Below are positions 63,936 to 64,000 of a stretch of DNA of 64,000 nt, in pieces. Position numbers and translations under genes: made by a program. Positions within the stretch are counted from its first letter, which is position 1; the number at the start of each line of letters is the position of its first letter. The notes under the pieces were generated by a model. The model was given only the letters and a program-made list of their open reading frames with translations. It was not told where the DNA came from and ran no database searches. Location of the stretch: positions 186,001 to 250,000 of the IMG/VR virus record IMGVR_UViG_3300041411_000080; one strand, written 5' to 3'.

Positions 63936-64000
63936 CAGTTATCTTCACTCAGTTTGTGTACGGTATGGTTGTGGTCTTCAGACAGGATTACCCAGTCACC

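Noticed and set aside
63935-64000. Partial ORF ending GDWVILSEDHNHTVHKLSEDN as Tad2-like
   Set aside because: Only GDWVI matches; the YPCKPDIF-type motif is absent and the gene is truncated
1-64000. tRNA, rRNA, CRISPR array, reverse transcriptase/DGR, integrase or group I intron
   Set aside because: No such motifs seen by eye; tRNAscan-SE and Infernal/Rfam would be needed to exclude them formally

Overview
The window is a 64-kb segment of a nucleus-forming Pseudomonas jumbo phage (Chimalliviridae, phiKZ/201phi2-1-like). It runs antiparallel to the phiKZ map and covers roughly the gp52-gp99 equivalents. phiKZ gp numbers come from recalled sequences and gene order, not from a database search. 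From right to left it holds an accessory region of small paralogous early genes, chimallin (ChmA), the non-virion RNAP beta' N-terminal subunit (NADFDGD) and a second accessory paralog cluster. Next come an SbcD/Mre11 nuclease, ChmC, the gp68 sigma-like subunit, PicA/Imp1, a gp70-like protein, two more nvRNAP subunits, an SF2 helicase and six tiny membrane proteins. These are followed by a virion RNAP subunit, the exonuclease/motif-A half of the split family-B DNA polymerase, baseplate genes and the proteolytically processed head/inner-body cluster. I found no tRNA, rRNA, CRISPR array or intron. Best candidate for an undescribed system: the polymerase ORF ends on a canonical -1 slippery heptamer (C CCA AAG, then TAA). 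The -1 frame continues into a NADAR-like domain whose conserved N-terminus has no start codon or RBS of its own. That ORF is translationally coupled to an R-S-E ADP-ribosyltransferase. This suggests a frameshift-made polymerase-NADAR fusion plus an ART/NADAR writer-eraser pair. Other leads are an Acb4/Gp49-like sponge, a virion-cluster zincin, FG-like tails on shell-associated proteins, hairpins ending in TTATG(CCG) and a five-copy early promoter.
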